Assembly (NCBI GenBank): GCA_051294375.1
Contig: CM119271.1
Span: 5,941,991-6,005,990, forward strand
Source: Paraspadella gotoi
Taxonomy: Eukaryota > Animalia > Chaetognatha
Reading direction: 5' to 3'
Length of the DNA: 64,000 nt
The notes under the pieces are model-generated. The model did not search any database. It saw only the letters and a program-made list of their open reading frames with translations, and was not told where the DNA came from. Position 1 is the first letter of the stretch. Each line of letters starts with the position of its first letter. Positions 22,201-32,900 of this stretch are shown piece by piece. The position numbers were made by a program, and so were the translations under genes.

Positions 22201-24234
22201 GCGAGCTTGGATTTCGAGCAAATGGCAATGAATTGCAATGGAAAAAAAAACTGTGGATAGATTGGAATTATTCAGTCAAGATTTACCTGTTGTACGGAAC
22301 TAACGTTGAGGATTTGTGTGGCAGGTAAATCGGAAAGAGAATTGGAGCCGTCGTGGCCAACGCCTGCAGCGGAGTCGGCTTCGACTTGGATAAGACTCAC
22401 AGTTCCGTCGGGGTTGGTCACGGTTTGCACTATGGCCTGGGGGAAAACTGGTTGATCGTCTGGAGAGAGAGGAGGGAAGGTGGAAAGATATTATGATAAA
22501 GAGAAATCGTCCCTTAAAAATAAAGTAGAATATATAATTAATATTAATTATATATATATAAAACAACCTTCAGAGTAGGCAATATCGGTTTCTAGAGTTT
22601 CCATCGTTTCATCAAAGGTGGGAAACAAGTCTTCACGTCCGTGATGAATGTAGCAATTTTTAACGATTTGTCGAAGGGCGTGAGTCCAGGATACCTGCAA
22701 AGAAAAGTACGGCGCCGTTTTCGTTAAAAAAAAGGTAAAAACGGTTAGGAAAAAAGGGGAAAAAAAGGAAAGAAGAAATCGAAGACAAATACCATCTTGA
22801 AAAATGAATAAGTCGCCAAAATTTTCTCTAGTTTCGGTAACTTTTATAGCTTTTAATTTAAAAATTTTCATTTACATCTTCTTTTCATTTGAACCTCACA
22901 CCTGAGTTTTTAATCGCATTTTACCGAACAATAGCTCATTCGAATCACAAAAATCTATTTTTCAGATATATTATTTTTCCCCCGCGATTTTGATATTCAA
23001 GGGGTAAAAAGTTGGGCAAAAGTTTTTGGTGACTTATTAATTTTTCAAGATGGTATATACAAAAAAAACGAACGAGAGCGAGTTACCAAAAAGGGAATGG
23101 GAAGGAAAGAAACAGTAAAAACATAAAAGAGAACTTAAATCCCTTCCTATAACTAAACGCTTATATTTATGGGACACCTTTTGCTTCAACTCCTCAGGTC
23201 TTTCGTCGATACGAATATTCTTCCAAGGAGTGTCCTCGGGCCACCACGGTGGTTTTAACTCTTCGCGCCCCCAACCTGGTAAAATTTAAAGACGAACAGA
23301 CGTTTTGTAACTGCACCATAGATCATATATGTCATATACAAGGAGAAAGAAAAACTGACCCGGCTTTCCTCTTCCTGTGGAATACTTGAGCATATGCGGA
23401 ATGAACATCCTCAGCTGCTGTTGAGCCATCTTATCCACGGGAGTGGGAATCCCGTCGATGACGAGCGGTGGAAGTTCGAAAAGGGAAGGGTCGTCATGCT
23501 GAGACTTTGGCGCCTGGAAAAATGTGTATGCGGAAAATCGTTTTTAAAGCAGATTTAACAATTAAGACGCTTAATGATTGACCATTCGTTGCTCTAGTGA
23601 ATGAGAGAGTTTTAACCTGCTGGGCAAGCGCGCTTTCCAAATCCTGCATGATCACATTTCTGATGTTCTTGAGAACATCCTCCAAAGGTTTTGCTCCAAA
23701 GGTCCTGGCGTATGAAACAAAAGTTCAAATTCAATAACTTTCTAATTTGGCCAAAGGCCGCCAAGGTCCCAATGCCGCCAAATACCGAAAAGATTCCTTG
23801 GAGCGACCAGGGGCGCAGCAAATGACGACGGCCTGCTGTCCGACACGGACGCAGTATTCATCGATGGTCGCCCGAAGGCGGCGCAACAGGCGAGTTTGCT
23901 GGCGACGACGAATGGCAGGGTTCGTTTCAAACATGTACCCGCGCTTTCGGCGGCGACCTACGACACGAAATTTGTATACATAGAATAAACCATCCGTGGT
24001 AATTGCAAAAAAAAAAAAAATTAAATCGACAACCCCTCCAATAAACTGTGGGAAAATGTTACCCGTGGCGATGGCGGCAGCGGCAGCAAGACCAACAGGC
24101 CCCGCGGCGATAAGCTGAGTGGAGACTTCGTCGTTAAGACCGACGCCAATGAGGTCGGCCTCGTCGAAGGCAGACTCGGGATCCGATTCCACTTCGCTCA
24201 ATTCTTCCTTCATCTCAGCGTCGGAGATCATCAT
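15011..24234 (-). CDS. NRF1: Nuclear respiratory factor 1 / erect wing / P3A2 transcription factor, multi-exon
   Basis: AAGPVGLAAAAAIATG/RRRKRGYMFETNPAIRRRQQTRLLRRLRATIDEY..RVGQQAVV, FELPPLVIDGIPTPVDKM, LKYSTGRGKPGWG, PPWWPEDTPW, VSWTHALRQIVKNCY..HGREDL. The C-terminal GMLTIPVSRYHQM in an exon at ~15613-15758 links the downstream exons across the ~6.2-kb intron (22103 to ~15917). Confidence 0.93.
15972..16035. repeat. Family C repeat end (ATCGTCGCAAT sub-terminal motif)
   Basis: Similar to 1269-1345. ATCGTCGCAAT at 15982-15992 is inverted relative to ATTGCGACGAT at 21749-21759. Confidence 0.55.
16208..16253. repeat. (GA)n microsatellite
   Basis: Read directly from the sequence. Confidence 0.95.
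16415..16625. repeat. DIRS 3' inverted terminal repeat
   Basis: 16452-16625 is the reverse complement of 21298-21470 (one substitution and one homopolymer indel by eye). 16415-16437 mirrors 21491-21514. Confidence 0.95.
16640..17720 (-). pseudogene. DIRS tyrosine recombinase, frameshifted
   Basis: Motifs spread over several frames: SWRGSTRECYARAWSSF, LSYSTINLHRSAISA, LLVALAVRRPSEIVSL (RxxE box), CPVQALR, ADVSASPGST, ILRGGDWS. A 12-bp triplication CGCGAAGGATGA lies at 16709-16744. Confidence 0.85.
17722..19230 (-). pseudogene. DIRS reverse transcriptase / RNase H / methyltransferase-like region, frameshifted
   Basis: PVGGRLRLLQPLW, WRLAPILNLK, SVDLRDA, degenerate YxDD (FFHVDGILI), RNase H EVTTDAS, and MT-like IDFFS...IDALAQRW..LAYLFLP, found in different frames. 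Confidence 0.88.
19300..21132 (-). pseudogene. DIRS gag-like ORF1, frameshifted, putatively split by intron 20207-20735
   Basis: GC-rich ORF fragments upstream of RT, with a helical segment AILTVVDELRGIKEAL..ALAAPLRDAALIQAASLNLSVAR. A GTGAGT donor at 20735 and a CAG/TAG acceptor at 20207/20204 join the frames in phase. Confidence 0.55.
20445..20535. repeat. DIRS internal complementary region (ICR)
   Basis: 20455-20503 is the near-perfect reverse complement of the left end 16389-16437. 20500-20535 is the perfect reverse complement of the right end 21479-21514. The two halves overlap at AATT (20500-20503). Confidence 0.95.
21298..21514. repeat. DIRS 5' inverted terminal repeat
   Basis: Reverse complement of 16415-16625, with a divergent segment at 21471-21490. 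Confidence 0.95.
21610..21765. mobile_element. Probable non-autonomous Helentron/HINE-like terminus (hairpin plus (GAC/AAC)n microsatellite)
   Basis: Hairpin TATCGTCGCAA-ACGCTTAGCGA-TTGCGACGATA (21728-21760), an adjacent (CGA)n tract and CAAATTTTCAG. The arm sequence recurs at 1283 and 15982. Confidence 0.45.
21783..21950. repeat. Minisatellite, consensus approximately GATGCGAT(G)ATAACGAATGATTGATT
   Basis: About six degenerate units are visible. Confidence 0.8.
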
Positions 24235-25106
24235 TATCGACGCTGAAATTTTGGGCTCCACGAAAATGTCAAGGTTTGACGGGTACTACTTAAGATCACT
24301 AGTCGGATACATAAAATATTTTTCGATTAATAAAATAAATATTCTTCTGTGATAATATAACTTTTTCCCCCCCCAAAACATTATCAAATAGTCTTCTTCA
24401 TGGCCTCTCCCTTTCTTACCTTTAAATATAATCGGGAATCACTAGAAGCTTTTCTGGACGGAGCGGTTAACCCCGAGTTGCACAACCACTATTAAATTAT
24501 AAAGCGTAGCTTTAACGTCAAACATGGTTCTGTCAGGTCTTGCTGTGAAAGAGGAAACGCTTTTAAATAAAGCTTAAAAAATAATAATAATAAAATAAAT
24601 TACAATTGGTAAATACAATGTCATGCGTAATAAAAGAGATTGTCGTTAAATCATAGATTGTAATTGGTAAAACTACATGGAGGTAATTAGGGATTTCTAA
24701 GAGAATGAGAGAAAAAAAAATCAATGGGGAGATAATACAAGGAACAGAAAATAGAAAGATCTACGGTCAAATCTCATTGGAACGTAAAGCGACGCCGGAT
24801 GACTAGACAACGGAAATACAGTAAACACATTTAATAAGTAAACTAGCAATTTTGTAATATAATGAGCCAAATCAAAATATTTTCGTTCAATTTGGTGAAA
24901 ATAACTCAATATATAAAACATTAAGCGAATACAAACCTTGCTAAGTTTGTCTCGGTGGGTGACAAAACAAAAAAAATTCTCAAAAAACTCACAAAAAAAG
25001 TTGAGACAGAAAGTAAAGGTTTTCGACAAATGTTTCTGAAGATAGAAGGCAGTGGTACGGCCGTAGGCTTGAGTTGATATTTCAATTTCTAGAAGTACTT
25101 ACAACC

Positions 25107-27887
25107 TCACTTTTTCGAACTCTGAATAATACTCAAGCTGGTTTTGGTCCCGTTCTGCGGTCTTGACACAAAATCCGGGTGCCTCATCTCCATGTGACTC
25201 CTTAACGCCGACACGGCCTTAAATTCATCCCTACAAACGACGCAGAGGTATCGCTGATTAGGCAACTTGTTCCGCGCGGCTTTCTCGCCTTCCTCTGCGT
25301 CCGTTAAGGTCGTACTCATCGGAGTTTCCTGCGAAAGCATCGCCGCCGCAGTCGCAGCAGCAACCTCCATCTTAGCCTCAAAGTCGAGCTTTGCCGGCCC
25401 AAGCGAGGGCTCGTAGGTCTTCTGAAAGGTCATTTTCTGGCTAGTTTTAGGATGGATGCCGTGCTCGTCTTTTAAGTGTTTCCTGAGATTGACGCGGTGC
25501 GTGAAGACCTTCTTCTGGTCCACGCAAAACTTGCAAGGAAAACGGCGCCCGTAGTGCAGCGACTCGATGTGGGCGGTGACGTCGCCGGAATGAGTGAATT
25601 CCTTCTTGCAGAACTTGCAGGGAAACTTTCTGCCTCGATGGACGGCGGCTTCGTGGGTCTTAAGGGCGGAGGCGTAGGCAAAGTCTTTGTCGCACTCGCC
25701 GCAAGGGAAGCGACGCCCACCGTGAATCGATTCCATGTGAAGCTTGAGGCTGTAGATGTAGGCGAACCCCCGATCGCAAATGCCGCACATGAGCTTTTGG
25801 CCGCCGTGAATAGCGCGGTAGTGAACGTTGAGATTGCCCGTCGTGGAAAATGTCTTGCCGCAATCGTTGCACTTGTGGGTCTTTTTCTTTGGCTTGACGG
25901 GCCGTTCCAGGTCGGGTTTGTCCAAAGAGGAAAAGTCTAGCTCGTCTTGGCCGGAAAGAGGGGGCCATTCCTCGGCGCAGTCGACGACGCCCTTCGATGC
26001 TGAGTGGACCACGGAGTCGTCCATCTCATTAACGTCACCAACGTCGTTTTCCTCGACATCGACGATCATTGATTCTCGGTCGTCGCCCTCTTCCGCCGTC
26101 ACCGCCTCCACCGCCCCTTCGACACTTTCCTCTTCCTCTCGAGACGAAGCGTCGTGAACGTCGAACTTTTGGTGAATCCTCAACGAAGACTTTGAGGCGA
26201 AGGTGAGTGTGCATTGTGAACAAGGGTACACCTTTCGCCGTTTCTTTTTCTTCCGAGTCGAGGACGAGCCGGTGGAGGAAGATTCGCCGCCCCCGGCAGA
26301 AGGGAGACCGACCGACTCTTCGCGAACGATGTGCCAGGTGCCGTAATTGGCGACGTCGGCCGAATCGTCCTCCTCTCGGAGCCAAGTTTCGGGAGTACCA
26401 ACGCCACTCTCGACCGCGGATAGAGAATTGTCCGGATGTTCTCCGGCGGCGTCACGGCGAGAATCGTCGGACGGTTGAAGGAGAAAAGAAGGAAAAGTCA
26501 CCGGAGATTCCTCGGAGGGTGAGAGGCTTTTCTCTCGGCGGAAGACGACGGGCGAGGAAGAAGGCGGTTGAACGCAACGAGCTTGATCAAAATTCGACGT
26601 ATTTTGTCGAGTGGAAGCCTCGGATCCGGAACAAGGAAAGCTCATAGAGAAAAGAGTCGTGTCCGATTGCGAGTCCTCGTTTTCTATCACCATGTGTAAC
26701 TCGTTGGTCAACGGATCTTCCATCTTTATCCTTACGTTCGATTCGTTATCGGCGACTGAGGTTTCTGGTACGATGGTCGGCAAGGCGGTTTGAGAGTCGG
26801 CAACACGAGGTTCCTCGCTCGCCATTTTCTTAACGCCGTCTTTTGTTTCCACAGCCCCGCCGTCTTGGAACGATGGGTCGACCTCGGCCTTTTCAGCGAC
26901 GACGGAATTGAGGGGCCACAAGCTGGAACTCTCCCTCCGCGTAATGCCAGTCACTTCTCCGGTCGAGTCGCCATATTCTACAGCGACGCGATTCTCATTC
27001 CCATTTTTTAAAGAACTGTCGTCACCGCCGCCGCCGCCACTGCCGCCGCCCTTGCAGTTCTCTTTGCCATCTTCCTCTTCGCTGAGCTCGGAAGACGCCT
27101 CGGTGTAGTTGCCGGCTTTGAAAAATTCGTCAAAGTTTATGTTTAGAAAGCGCTTGAGTGGCTCGGCCATTTCCGTCTCGCTCTCGCTTTTGACGTGATG
27201 ATCGGTGGCGGCGATAAACTTTGTCTTTGGTTCGTCGTCCGTAGACCCTTCGCTCTCCTCGTTCTCTTCGTCGCGTCGCTTCGTCTTTTTTCTCTTCTTC
27301 TTCCTCCTCTTCACGACGAGAGGCGTCGGGTCGTTGGCGTCGTTGCGAGTTTCCCCGACAGATGGCGTAGGTGGCGCGGCGAGCGCGTTGCCTTTAGAAG
27401 AGGCAGAGATCTGCTTCTCGTTGGCGTCGCCGTCTGAAGGCGAAGAAGATCCATTGAAGCCGTCAACGAAACCAGTGTCGTTCCAACTGTCATTGGCACC
27501 GTCTTCGATTTTGGTAACGGATGACATGAGAGGAGGTTCTTCCTTGACGACGCTCAACTCCCACGGCTTGGTCCCTTCGGCCGGTAAGGATGCGGCGTCG
27601 TGGAAATCGTCGTCGTTGTCGCCTTCCTCGAAGCGAGCGGGAGAGGCGGAGGGCGTCGAGGCTGCGTCGTCGAAAGTCCAATCAAAGGGAGGTCCCTTGC
27701 GGACGCTCTCTGGCAACATGCAGCCGTTCTGGTATCGCGTCATGATGACTATAACGTAGCAAAGTTTGTTCTCGATCTCCTCCAGTTTGCGGTCGAGATT
27801 GCGAGGAGTCTCCGTCGCCGAGGAGAGCTTGATGCCCTGGACGCTGCATTGAATATCGCGGAGGAGTTGAACGAAAGAGGAGATCAT
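25107..27887 (-). CDS. C2H2 zinc-finger protein (about 7 fingers) with a long acidic N-terminal region
   Basis: ORF of more than 900 aa. Fingers: CSQC..H, CNDCGKTF..HYRAIH, CGICDRGF..HMESIH, CGECDKDF..HEAAVH, CKFCKKEF..HIESLH, CKFC..HLKDEH, CVVC..HMEMRH. First in-frame ATG is 27887; an upstream exon is possible. Confidence 0.88.
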   Translation of the reverse strand: MISSFVQLLRDIQCSVQGIKLSSATETPRNLDRKLEEIENKLCYVIVIMTRYQNGCMLPESVRKGPPFDWTFDDAASTPSASPARFEEGDNDDDFHDAASLPAEGTKPWELSVVKEEPPLMSSVTKIEDGANDSWNDTGFVDGFNGSSSPSDGDANEKQISASSKGNALAAPPTPSVGETRNDANDPTPLVVKRRKKKRKKTKRRDEENEESEGSTDDEPKTKFIAATDHHVKSESETEMAEPLKRFLNINFDEFFKAGNYTEASSELSEEEDGKENCKGGGSGGGGGDDSSLKNGNENRVAVEYGDSTGEVTGITRRESSSLWPLNSVVAEKAEVDPSFQDGGAVETKDGVKKMASEEPRVADSQTALPTIVPETSVADNESNVRIKMEDPLTNELHMVIENEDSQSDTTLFSMSFPCSGSEASTRQNTSNFDQARCVQPPSSSPVVFRREKSLSPSEESPVTFPSFLLQPSDDSRRDAAGEHPDNSLSAVESGVGTPETWLREEDDSADVANYGTWHIVREESVGLPSAGGGESSSTGSSSTRKKKKRRKVYPCSQCTLTFASKSSLRIHQKFDVHDASSREEEESVEGAVEAVTAEEGDDRESMIVDVEENDVGDVNEMDDSVVHSASKGVVDCAEEWPPLSGQDELDFSSLDKPDLERPVKPKKKTHKCNDCGKTFSTTGNLNVHYRAIHGGQKLMCGICDRGFAYIYSLKLHMESIHGGRRFPCGECDKDFAYASALKTHEAAVHRGRKFPCKFCKKEFTHSGDVTAHIESLHYGRRFPCKFCVDQKKVFTHRVNLRKHLKDEHGIHPKTSQKMTFQKTYEPSLGPAKLDFEAKMEVAAATAAAMLSQETPMSTTLTDAEEGEKAARNKLPNQRYLCVVCRDEFKAVSALRSHMEMRHPDFVSRPQNGTKTSLSIIQSSKK

Positions 27888-29909
27888 GACGAGGGCGAAG
27901 ATCGAGAGCGAAGGATGGCGACGAAGGAAGCAGATCGAGTTGACGCCCTCGTTCCAATCGTTATTTCCCACAAAGTAATTGGGGCCCACCTTTTAAAACT
28001 CCATCCTCGCATCTATTTAAAAAACCTGAATGTTTAATAATTATTTCATTTACTTTATTCTAAAGACAAAACTGAACGATTTTACTAAAAACAACAATGC
28101 CGTATGTGAAAAGAAAAAAAAAAGCTGGACTTTTTAACGTTCGTGCGGGGAAAATTCATGGGAGGGGGGAAAAGGAAACGAAAGACAACCATCATGAAAT
28201 TGTTATTATCTCAAAAAGAAGAGAAATTCGCTCGATATAGCCGGATAAGTTTATTTCCCCCCCCGTTATATTTTCTTATCGTTAACAAATGTAAAAGTAC
28301 TAGTCAATTTAAAATAACAATATACAGCTATTTTTAAGGTCATGATGACGGCATAACGAAATATCAGAAAACCATAAAAAAAGAATAAAACGGAAAAATG
28401 AGCGATAAAGTAAAACAGCGGGAATATTTTGTTGAATACCATTTAATTAGGAAAGAAAATCAAGTGAGTTACGTGACTATGTACAGACTAAAATTAACAA
28501 AATTGTAATATAAATAACTGTTTGCATATACATGTTTTTACCATTTTGAAACGGCTATTTTCTATATTTTTTTCCTAAAAGAGAATTTTTTTACGCAATT
28601 AAAATCCGGAAAATGCAAATGGCACTCTTTTCTCTCCGTCAGAATAAAGGAAATTTTAGTTCCGACGAAATCAAAAAAAGCCAGAGAAAGCCAAAAATCC
28701 AAATAAGAAACCACAGTAATTATTTAATATTTCGCGTGAACAACTCATGAACCAAGCAGGATTAAAAAGAGAATTTCATCGTCTTTCACAGACACACACC
28801 TTGTCCTTGAGACCATAAATAATGCGAGATAAGGGAATCTCATGGCGATTGGCAAAAACCGTAGTTTAGAGCTAAAAAGCGTCAATTCTTGTGTAGGGCT
28901 ATATGGGGGGAGGCGCTGAAAGATTAGCATAGGGAGCTCAAGAGCAGCGACTTTATCAGGTGGGCACGCATTTGTTACCTTCTTTCGGCGCAGCATAAGT
29001 TTCTTATAGATACAGAATACAGATGTACTTCTATACTTGATATTTGACTTTAGTATAAGTATGTCCATCGGGAAATATTTTCTACGCTCAACGCGACGTC
29101 GATGACTACGCCAATGAAAATAATATGGAAGAGCCGCAGTCACCGTAACCAATGACGCCATCATGTAGGAAATGTTCGTTCACTATGTATATACATTGTA
29201 CAAGTGGGAATTGTTAAAGAATATAGATCTCGACACGAATAATAAACAAAATAGGTTATTATAATGGCAATCATTGAGCACTAATTCTTTGTTAAAATGC
29301 ACTTTTTCAGAAGCTAAACATTTCTTGCAAATATGAAAGAAGAATCCTCATAAACTCGGACATAAGATCTGGAAACCTATGCTCGTATTACTCAGTGGGA
29401 AAACACGGCTGGTTGATTTAAGGAGGCTCGCTTGCTTTTATAAGCGATGATAGAATTCGTTAGTGACATTCGAAATAAAGAATATAAATTTTACTTTCTC
29501 AATAAAGAGGAAATCAATTAAAACATTGAAATAGGAGTGGTAACCAACTAAATTCTTTTGAGATTTTTAAATTCGTATAAAATTACGTATAAGTAGTATA
29601 TGATACATTTTTTTAAAGTCCTCTATCACCCACTACACGCAGTAAAATACTATATATATTCCTAATTCTTAAAAAAAAATTAATATGATAAAAAAGGGGT
29701 ATAAAAAGAAATAAATCACAAATACCCTGAGAATCACTGAGAATCACGTAACGTATTAGGAACAGAAATTCTTAGCGTGTACTTTTTCGAAAATATTATC
29801 TTTTTTTCTTTCTGAAAGAAACCGATTAGTAATTTTGTATCAGCCCGACTATTATTAGAAAGGTTTAAAAAGTTTGTTTTTTTTTCGGGCGGCTCCTCGT
29901 GCCACGAGC

Positions 29910-32900
29910 TCAAGAGTCAAGATCGCAATCGTCCTCCCCGAGGACGAATACGCCCCCGTGTCCGCCGCGGGCGTCGTGAGCGGCGATGGCGAGGGCGCTG
30001 AATCCGAGCCGAGTCGACTCGGCGTCGAACTCTTCCAGCTCGCGCCCCTGGCGCTCGTGCAGGCAACGAATGCGTTCCGTCTTCTCCTGATGGAATTTCG
30101 CCGTCTCCTCCTCCATTTTTTGCTCCAAGAGGGCTCGACGTAAAGATACCTGAGGTAGAAGGTAGGTCGGTATTTAACAATTTAATTTTTTTTTTTCATT
30201 TTTTTCAGTCCGCACCTTCTCTTCCAGTTGCTTCCTCTCTCTCGCGTGTTGTGCCTCCGTCTGCATCTTTATTTTCGACTTAAAAGAGATTATGCACGTA
30301 AAAATGGTTAAATGCGGAAATGCATGCGTCGAGCAGTTAAGTTCCACTTAAAGAAACTGACCTGATACGCCATGAGAAGCTCGAGCTCCGACTGCAGTTT
30401 TCGGCGCAACTCCGCGGCTTCGCAAACTTGAGTTTCGTCCAAGCGAACGTTTTTCTGTTGCTGCATCTCCGAGATACCCTATAATATAAATATAAAGGTA
30501 CGTACATACTTAGTAACGGTGACGAAACAATGCACCTCATATTCGGTCGCACCTGCTCGTACTGCACGCTTAACGCGGCGAGCTTTGCACGTTGCTCTTC
30601 CTTCAACTTGGCGATTACTCCGGCTTGGTCCGCTTTTGGGGTTGTGGCAAGCAGGTGTTCCTTTAGCGCCTAAAGAACCAAAAAAAAGGGTCAAAATCCC
30701 TTAAAGCCTACCATTTCATTCCGTATTCGACGTAAATCCATTCCACTGCACCTTGTACTGTTTTTTCTGTGTGAAGCAAGCGTCTTGAAACTGCTTTCGG
30801 ATCTGCACTTCCTTCGCCCTGAGACTCTTTGGCTGCTGCTTCTGTTCTGCGGCGTGTTTTCGCTTCAACTCGAGCTCCGCGCGTTGGTTGTACTCTCGCT
30901 GGTTGGCCAGTTCCGTCTGGTGCTGCTTCCGCAGGTGCTCGTCGCGCAACCGTTGGATGTAGTTTAGCTGCTTGTATTCCAACTCTTGCGTTGATTCGTG
31001 GTGACGGAGTGCCATGGCGTGAGCGATGTCGAGTTGAGCTGGAGGAATTGTAATCGAAAAAAAAATTTAGCAAAAAAGTGCGTGAAAGAGAAAAAGAAGA
31101 GGAAAAAGAGAGAGAGGAGACGAACCCTGTCGTTTGTTCAATTCTTCACGAGGAAGATTTTGTTCGAGTTGATGAAATTGAACCAATTTCCAGCGTCTGA
31201 ATTTCCTGACTTCGGCTTCGAGGAATCTTTGGTGCTGCATCGCCAATCTGGGATGAGGGTTGTGGAAAGGAAAGAAGTGAAGAGAAAGGTTTCGGAATGG
31301 AGTTGCCATCAAACGTGGGCAAAACTAATCTGTCAAACCGACGACGCACCTTTGACCTTCTTCCGCCTGCGAATACTCGAAGGACTCCTTGTGTGCACGC
31401 AGGGAATCCTCTCGCTGTCGCTTGGGCGTGTTCGCATCACCAAGGTCCCTCTTAATTTGCTCCTACAGCAATGGATGTAATGGAGTGTCAAGAGCAGAAA
31501 GCGTTAAGGCAAAGTCAAATAACCATTTTATTAATCATTACCTTTCGAACGTCGTAATCGCGTTTTTGAGCCGTGAGAAGGTTCTTCATTTCCGCTTCTT
31601 GGTTCTGTCGAATTTGTTTTTCGATCAGTTTTTCTTTCGCCTAAAAAATAATGTAAGACATAATATCTAAATAACATAATATTTAAAAAAAATTATAGCA
31701 TATTAAACCAATAATAAAAATACTTGAAGTTGTAAATAAATAAATAGATGAAAAAAAATAAAAACAACAAATTATCCCCTCCACCACCCTTTCCATTCAG
31801 ACTTGTAGATATTTTGAATTTTCAATAAATGAATGATGTCTAATATCTAATTAGAAAACTAGGACAGAAAGTAACTTTAAACCTTGTGTTGTCCCTCTAT
31901 TTCCAGAAGACAACACTAACATCCCTCTCCCCATTACCTGAGTGTCTTTGAGCTTTTTTTCCAACTCTCTTTGATGCTTGAGTTGTATCTGTTCGAGATC
32001 TTTGGAGAACTTCTGCATAAGGTTCTCGTATTCCTTGTCGAGCCTTCCCTTGTGATCCTCCATCTCCTGACGACACTTGGTCTCGGCGCATTGAAGCAGT
32101 TTTTGATGCTGCTGCCGCATTCTCTTGTAACCGCTCATCTGCTCCCGCATTTCGTTTAACTCATGTTCCTTAAAAAATAAAAAGAAAAATGATATCGAAT
32201 TTAGTTTAGAGGAAATACTTGAGGTATGGATGATACAATACCTTGTGTTGTCGCGAAATGATATTGGGCGTTCGTATTGTGGCGAAGTTAGGTCCAACAA
32301 CGCCTAAAAAAATTAAATAAAATAAAAATGTGGTAAAAAAATAAAATGGGTGCGGCAACAAGCGAAAATGATTCTCACTACCGTGACCGGGACCGAAGCT
32401 CAGGCTGGGGTAACCCGAGGCAGAGCCAGAGCTTCCAGATCCTGGTTGACTAGTTGGAGGAAATCCAGAGCCACTGCCGGTAGAACCGCCGCCGAGGCTT
32501 CCGCCTTCGTCCTCGTAGCTGAAATTTTGTTTTAATACATAAATAAAAAGATTTTTCAAAGTTTCATTTTCATTTACTATTTATAATAACGAACACAAAG
32601 ATCCCTACCGGCTTCCCCTGCTCTGCCCGATCCTCGGTCCGATTCCTACGCTCGAGCTTTCGCGATGGAAAAGCAACGGCGGTCTTGACGTTCTATTAGG
32701 AAGCGCAGGGCCGCCACCGCCGCTGGCCAGAAGAGGGCCGGCCCCGGAGGACGCCGAAGCGCTGCTCGGCAAAGTCCCGTGGTGGTGATGAGAATGGTGG
32801 TGGTGGTGGTTGTCTTGCGACGTCGGTGGCACCCCCGACCCGTAATGATGATGATGATGATGATGACCGTGGGGCGGTGGCGGCGCAAACTGCGGGGCCG

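Noticed and set aside
28745-29164. 139-aa minus-strand ORF between the zinc-finger gene and TAO
   Set aside because: No recognisable motif and composition unlike the coding exons here; probably spurious.
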